Shown here one piece after another: positions 37,397-41,894 of a stretch of DNA of 41,894 nt (within the stretch, counting starts at the first letter, position 1; every line of letters starts with the position of its first letter). Below the pieces are notes generated by a model that was not told the DNA's origin, searched no databases, and was given only the letters and a program-made list of their open reading frames with translations. The translations under genes were made by a program, and so were the position numbers. The stretch is from assembly GCA_964394775.1 (NCBI GenBank), contig CAYMYV010000001.1, positions 1 through 41,894 of the forward strand, written 5' to 3'. The DNA comes from an uncultured Lachnobacterium sp. (GTDB lineage: Bacteria; Bacillota; Clostridia; Lachnospirales; Lachnospiraceae).

Positions 37397-38689
37397 ATGA
37401 AACAGATTAATATAATGGTATTTCCATGCGGTTCGGAGGTTGGACTGGAAATTCATAGAGCGCTGAAGGATATTCGATTCATTGATTTGTTTGGTGCATC
37501 AAGTGTGGATGATCATGGATGCTGGGTATACAAGAATTATATTGGTGGAATCCCATATATAAGCGATGCATCATTTATTGATACAATGAATGATGTAGTT
37601 GATCAATATAATATTGATTTTATTTTTCCGGCGCTAGACAGTGTAATGACGGAATTAAGTAAGCATAGAGACAAGCTGCATGCAGGATTGTTGACTAGTC
37701 CTGATGATGCGGTTCAGTTATGCAGAAGTAAATCAAAAACTTACGAGCGTCTTGCTGGTTGTGATTTCCTGCCAGGTATTTATCATGGTGCGTATGATAT
37801 TGATAGTTATCCTGTAATTATTAAACCGGTAGAGGGGCAGGGCGCACAGGGATTTAAGATTATTAATTCTAAAGAAGACTTAGAATATGAATTATCAACA
37901 CGCAAAGACGAGCAGGTAATTTGTGAATATCTTCCGGGCGAAGAATACACAATTGATTGTTTTACAGATAGAAATGGTGAGCTTCGTTATGTCTCATACC
38001 GAAATCGTCATAGAATCAGAAACGGAATTAGTGTGAATTCTTCGATGATGGAGCCAGACGCACGAATTCGTGAAATTGCTGAAGTGATTAACAGTAAAAT
38101 TCAATTTCGTGGAGTATGGTTTTTCCAATTAAAGAGAAACATAAATGGAGAATATCGCTTATTAGAATGTGCAACACGAATTGCAGGAACTATGTGTGTG
38201 CAAAGAGCTGCAGGTGTAAACCTTGCACTTTTGACAGTGTTTGATGCGTTGGACTACGAATTGGATATTACTCCACAGGTAAAATCAGTTGTAGTGGATA
38301 GAGCATTACACAACCTGTTCAAATTAGATATTGAATATGATGAAGTATATCTGGATTTTGATGATACAGTTATCGTTCATGATAGAGTAAACTGCACGGT
38401 ATTGCAGTTTGTGTATCAGTGTGTAGAGCGTAAGATACCAGTAACACTTTTGACAAGACATGAAACAGATATCTATGCAGATTTGCGTGCATACAGAATT
38501 GCACCAGAACTGTTTGATAACATTGTTTGTCTACCAAGAAGTGAACGCAAAATTGACCATATTAGACCATGTGAGAAAGCGTTATTTATTGATGACTCTT
38601 TTGCAGAAAGAAAAGCAATGCAGGACCATTTTGGTATGAAAGTGCTAGGGGTTGATGCAGTAGAAGCGTTGATTGATGCGAGACAGTAG
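37397..38689 (+). CDS. ATP-grasp protein with C-terminal HAD-like domain
   Basis: YPVIIKP..GQGAQG, EYLPGEEYTID, LLECATRIAG; HAD motifs DFDDT and FIDDS. Confidence 0.8.
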   Translation: MKQINIMVFPCGSEVGLEIHRALKDIRFIDLFGASSVDDHGCWVYKNYIGGIPYISDASFIDTMNDVVDQYNIDFIFPALDSVMTELSKHRDKLHAGLLTSPDDAVQLCRSKSKTYERLAGCDFLPGIYHGAYDIDSYPVIIKPVEGQGAQGFKIINSKEDLEYELSTRKDEQVICEYLPGEEYTIDCFTDRNGELRYVSYRNRHRIRNGISVNSSMMEPDARIREIAEVINSKIQFRGVWFFQLKRNINGEYRLLECATRIAGTMCVQRAAGVNLALLTVFDALDYELDITPQVKSVVVDRALHNLFKLDIEYDEVYLDFDDTVIVHDRVNCTVLQFVYQCVERKIPVTLLTRHETDIYADLRAYRIAPELFDNIVCLPRSERKIDHIRPCEKALFIDDSFAERKAMQDHFGMKVLGVDAVEALIDARQ

Positions 38690-38706
38690 AGAAAGAGGTA
38701 ACTCGT

Positions 38707-39471
38707 TTGGATAAGATTAAGAAGTATGAGTTTTTGTTCTCAGAGCTAGTAAAACGTGATTTTAAAAAGAAGTATAAGCGTACTATATTGGGAATGTTGT
38801 GGAGTGTTTTATCGCCACTACTTAATGTGGTTGTGCTTATGATTGTGTTTACACAGTTTTTTGGGAGAACGCAGGAACACTTTATTATTTATATTTTTAG
38901 TGGAACTTTGGTAATGTCTTTTTTTACAGAAACGACTCAGGGTTGTATGCGTGCGTTGATGGCTAACGCACCTATCTTTACTAAAATTAATGTACCAAAA
39001 TACTTGTTTATATTATCAAAGAGTATTCAGGCATTTATTAATTTTGGGTTGACATTGCTATTGTATTTCGTGTTCTGCTTTTTTAATGACATTGATTTTG
39101 GATTACATATGTTTAGTCTCGTGTATCCAATTATTTGTCTATTGGTATTCAGTGTTGGTGTAGGAATGATTCTTTCTGCATTATATGTGTTTTTTAGGGA
39201 TATTGAATACTTGTATGGAGTGTTTCTTACTATATTGAATTATGTATCTGCTATTTTTTATCCAGTGGACATGCTTCCGGTTGCATATCAGAGAGTTTTT
39301 TTGCTGAATCCGGTATATGTGTATATTAAGTATTTTAGAAGTGTTGTAATAGATGGAATGCTTCCATCGCTTGGATATCATGGATTGTGTCTATTATATG
39401 CTGGCATTGCAATTGGTATTGGCTGTTGGATTTATAAAAAATATAACCATGAATTCTTATACTATGTGTAA
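38707..39471 (+). CDS. wzm: Polysaccharide ABC transporter permease (Wzm/TagG)
   Basis: RDFKKKYKRTILGMLWSVLSPL, FRDIEY, IFYP, LNP; TTG start. Confidence 0.9.
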   Translation: MDKIKKYEFLFSELVKRDFKKKYKRTILGMLWSVLSPLLNVVVLMIVFTQFFGRTQEHFIIYIFSGTLVMSFFTETTQGCMRALMANAPIFTKINVPKYLFILSKSIQAFINFGLTLLLYFVFCFFNDIDFGLHMFSLVYPIICLLVFSVGVGMILSALYVFFRDIEYLYGVFLTILNYVSAIFYPVDMLPVAYQRVFLLNPVYVYIKYFRSVVIDGMLPSLGYHGLCLLYAGIAIGIGCWIYKKYNHEFLYYV

Positions 39472-39482
39472 TGAGGTGAAAA

Positions 39483-40448
39483 ATGGCGATAATCGAATGT
39501 AAAAACGTTTCTATTCGCTATAAGACAGGTGATCTTAAAGCAATAGGGTTAAAAGATTATGTAATGCGTAAGTTGACTGGAAGTTACCATGTAAAAGAAT
39601 TCTGGGCAGACAAGGAAGTTACCTTTTCGTTGGAAAAAGGAGATATGCTTGGAATAGTAGGAACGAATGGTGCTGGTAAGTCAACCTTGTTGAAAGCGAT
39701 TACAGGAATTATGATTCCTACAATTGGCACAGTCAAAGTAAGCGGAAATATTGCGGCTCTTTTAGAGCTTGCCTCTGGTTTTGACGAAGAGCTTACTGTT
39801 CGAGAAAATACATATCTTCGAGGAGCTTTGTTGGGATATACCAAACAGTTTATTGATGATAAGTATGATGAGATTATAGAATTCTCAGAACTAGAAGATT
39901 TCCAGAACCATATGTTTAAACAACTTTCCAGTGGTATGAAGAGCCGTTTGGCATTTTCTATCGCATGTCTTGTAGAACCAGATGTCATTATTTTGGATGA
40001 AGTATTAAGTGTTGGAGATGAAGGCTTCAAGGAGAAGAGTGGACGTAGAATTAAAGAAATATTAAGTCGTGGCGTTACAGGAATTCTTGTATCCCACTCT
40101 GTCCAGCAGGTTAGAGATTTATGTAATAAATGTTTGTGGTTAGACCATGGAAAACAGGTAGCCTTTGGGCCGGCTTCTATAGTATGTAATGCATACAGCG
40201 CATATTTATTTACTCCAAAGGACAAGAGAAAATTACCGGAATCAGAGGAAGAGCTTTATGATGTGTCTAATAGATTTCGTGTGGCTTGGAGATTGGGTGT
40301 AAAGGAACGATCAACCATGGAATATAGGAATAATCCAAAATATAGAGAAGAAACAGAGACACAGAGAATTCAACGCTTGCTTGGGATAGTAGACGCCATG
40401 TCTCTAGAAGAGCGTGCACAGATTGAAAAAGAAATTGACGGAAAGTAG
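39483..40448 (+). CDS. wzt: Polysaccharide ABC transporter ATPase (Wzt/TagH)
   Basis: GTNGAGKST, LSSGMKSRLAFS, LDEVLSVGD, VSH motifs. Confidence 0.92.
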   Translation: MAIIECKNVSIRYKTGDLKAIGLKDYVMRKLTGSYHVKEFWADKEVTFSLEKGDMLGIVGTNGAGKSTLLKAITGIMIPTIGTVKVSGNIAALLELASGFDEELTVRENTYLRGALLGYTKQFIDDKYDEIIEFSELEDFQNHMFKQLSSGMKSRLAFSIACLVEPDVIILDEVLSVGDEGFKEKSGRRIKEILSRGVTGILVSHSVQQVRDLCNKCLWLDHGKQVAFGPASIVCNAYSAYLFTPKDKRKLPESEEELYDVSNRFRVAWRLGVKERSTMEYRNNPKYREETETQRIQRLLGIVDAMSLEERAQIEKEIDGK

Positions 40449-40473
40449 GAAAAGGCGAAAGGAGTAAAATGTA

Positions 40474-41376
40474 ATGAAAGGTATAATTTTAGCAGGTGGT
40501 TCAGGTACACGCCTGTATCCATTAACAAGAGTAACTTCGAAGCAGTTATTACCAGTATATGATAAGCCTATGATTTATTATCCATTATCAACGCTTATGT
40601 TGGCAGGTATTAATGATATTCTTATTATTTCCACTCCACAGGATGTTCCTCGCTTCCAGGAATTACTGGGGGATGGCACTAATTTTGGTGTGAAATTATC
40701 ATACGCCATTCAGCCAAGTCCAGATGGATTGGCTCAGGCATTTTTGATTGGCGAGGAATTTATAGGAGATGAACCATGTGCAATGGTTCTTGGAGATAAT
40801 ATTTTTTATGGTGGTGGATTTAGTAAAAACTTGGCAGATGCTGTTGAGAATGCGAAAAATGGGCAGGCAACAGTATTCGGTTATTATGTAAATGATCCAC
40901 AGCGTTTTGGAGTTGTAGAGTTTGATGAAGCGATGAATGTATTATCGCTTGAAGAAAAACCTAAGAATCCAAAATCAAATTATTGTGTAACCGGTTTGTA
41001 TTTTTATGATAAAAGAGTTGTAGAGATGGCAAAGAAAGTAAGACCATCTGAACGTGGCGAGCTTGAAATTACTGATTTGAATAAATTGTATTTGGAAGAT
41101 GATAGTTTAAAGGTTCAGATTCTTGGACGAGGATTTGCGTGGCTTGATACAGGAACTATGGATAGTTTGATGGATGCATCTTCATTTGTTCAGACAGTAC
41201 AGAATCGCCAGGGTGTTGTGATTTCTGCACCGGAAGAAATTGCATATTATAAGAAATGGATTGATAAAAAAGAACTTTTGAAATCTGCAAAATTATATGG
41301 GAAATCACCATATGGTGCTCATCTTCGCCATGTAGCAGAGCAGAAATTATATTCAAGTGTAAATGATAGGAGATAA
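40474..41376 (+). CDS. rfbA: Glucose-1-phosphate thymidylyltransferase
   Basis: [44 protein letters not shown] motifs. Confidence 0.97.
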   Translation: MKGIILAGGSGTRLYPLTRVTSKQLLPVYDKPMIYYPLSTLMLAGINDILIISTPQDVPRFQELLGDGTNFGVKLSYAIQPSPDGLAQAFLIGEEFIGDEPCAMVLGDNIFYGGGFSKNLADAVENAKNGQATVFGYYVNDPQRFGVVEFDEAMNVLSLEEKPKNPKSNYCVTGLYFYDKRVVEMAKKVRPSERGELEITDLNKLYLEDDSLKVQILGRGFAWLDTGTMDSLMDASSFVQTVQNRQGVVISAPEEIAYYKKWIDKKELLKSAKLYGKSPYGAHLRHVAEQKLYSSVNDRR

Positions 41377-41382
41377 GAGACT

Positions 41383-41894
41383 ATGACCATTATTGTTACC
41401 GGTGGTGCCGGATTTATCGGAAGTAACTTTGTATTTCATATGTTAAACAAATATCCTGAGTATCGTATTGTATGTGTTGACGAATTAACATATGCCGGAA
41501 ATCTATCTACATTAAAGGATGTTATGGATAACCCTAACTTCCGTTTCGTAAAAATGGATATCTGTGATAGAAAGGGCATCTACGGATTGTTCGAAGAAGA
41601 GCACCCGGATATCGTTGTAAACTTTGCGGCAGAATCGCATGTAGATCGTTCAATCGAAAATCCGGAAATATTCTTGCAGACAAACATCTTAGGAACACAG
41701 GTTATGATGGATGCATGCCGTAAGTATGGTATTAATCGTTATCATCAGGTATCTACAGACGAAGTATATGGCGACCTTCCATTGGACCGTCCGGACCTAT
41801 TCTTTACTGAAGAAACGCCAATCCATACAAGCAGCCCATACAGCTCATCAAAGGCTGGCGCTGACCTTTTGGTAATGGCATACCACAGAACATT
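41383..41894 (+). CDS. rfbB: dTDP-glucose 4,6-dehydratase (3'-truncated; absent from the ORF track)
   Basis: MTIIVTGGAGFIGSNF, LTYAGNL, NFAAESHVDRSI, QVSTDEVYG, SPYSSSK read from the sequence. Confidence 0.95.
   Translation, partial: MTIIVTGGAGFIGSNFVFHMLNKYPEYRIVCVDELTYAGNLSTLKDVMDNPNFRFVKMDICDRKGIYGLFEEEHPDIVVNFAAESHVDRSIENPEIFLQTNILGTQVMMDACRKYGINRYHQVSTDEVYGDLPLDRPDLFFTEETPIHTSSPYSSSKAGADLLVMAYHRT

Overview
AT-rich Firmicutes chromosome segment; gene content and order suggest Clostridia, probably Lachnospiraceae-like (inference). Every credible gene is on the + strand. Housekeeping backbone, in order: cvfB-like, ridA, SH3/NlpC-P60 hydrolase, yitT, PucR/CdaR regulator, ftsEX, S41 protease, vanZ-like, prfB (programmed +1 frameshift), Tim44/zinc-ribbon and SPFH genes, ACT regulator-hom-apgM, glpK, comF, yvyF-like, cdaA-cdaR-glmM, HPr and leuA. 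From ~28.7 kb there is an ABC-transporter-dependent cell-surface polysaccharide locus that runs off the window: priming sugar transferase, amino-sugar transaminase, CDP-alditol pair, GT2-TagF fusion, ATP-grasp/HAD, wzm/wzt, rfbAB. The most unusual part is 16.3-18.3 kb, a mirror-symmetric cassette around an orphan PD-(D/E)XK-like nuclease gene. Each flank has a tandem-repeat array, a triple GGGTA-N22/23-TACCC dyad module of fixed geometry, and one arm of a perfect 15-bp inverted repeat. The nuclease RBS and start codon are predicted to be locked in a hairpin that the downstream 15-mer could open. A third, gene-less copy of the dyad module, also flanked by tandem arrays, lies at 9.2-9.7 kb. All calls are by eye from motifs; no database search or folding calculation was run.
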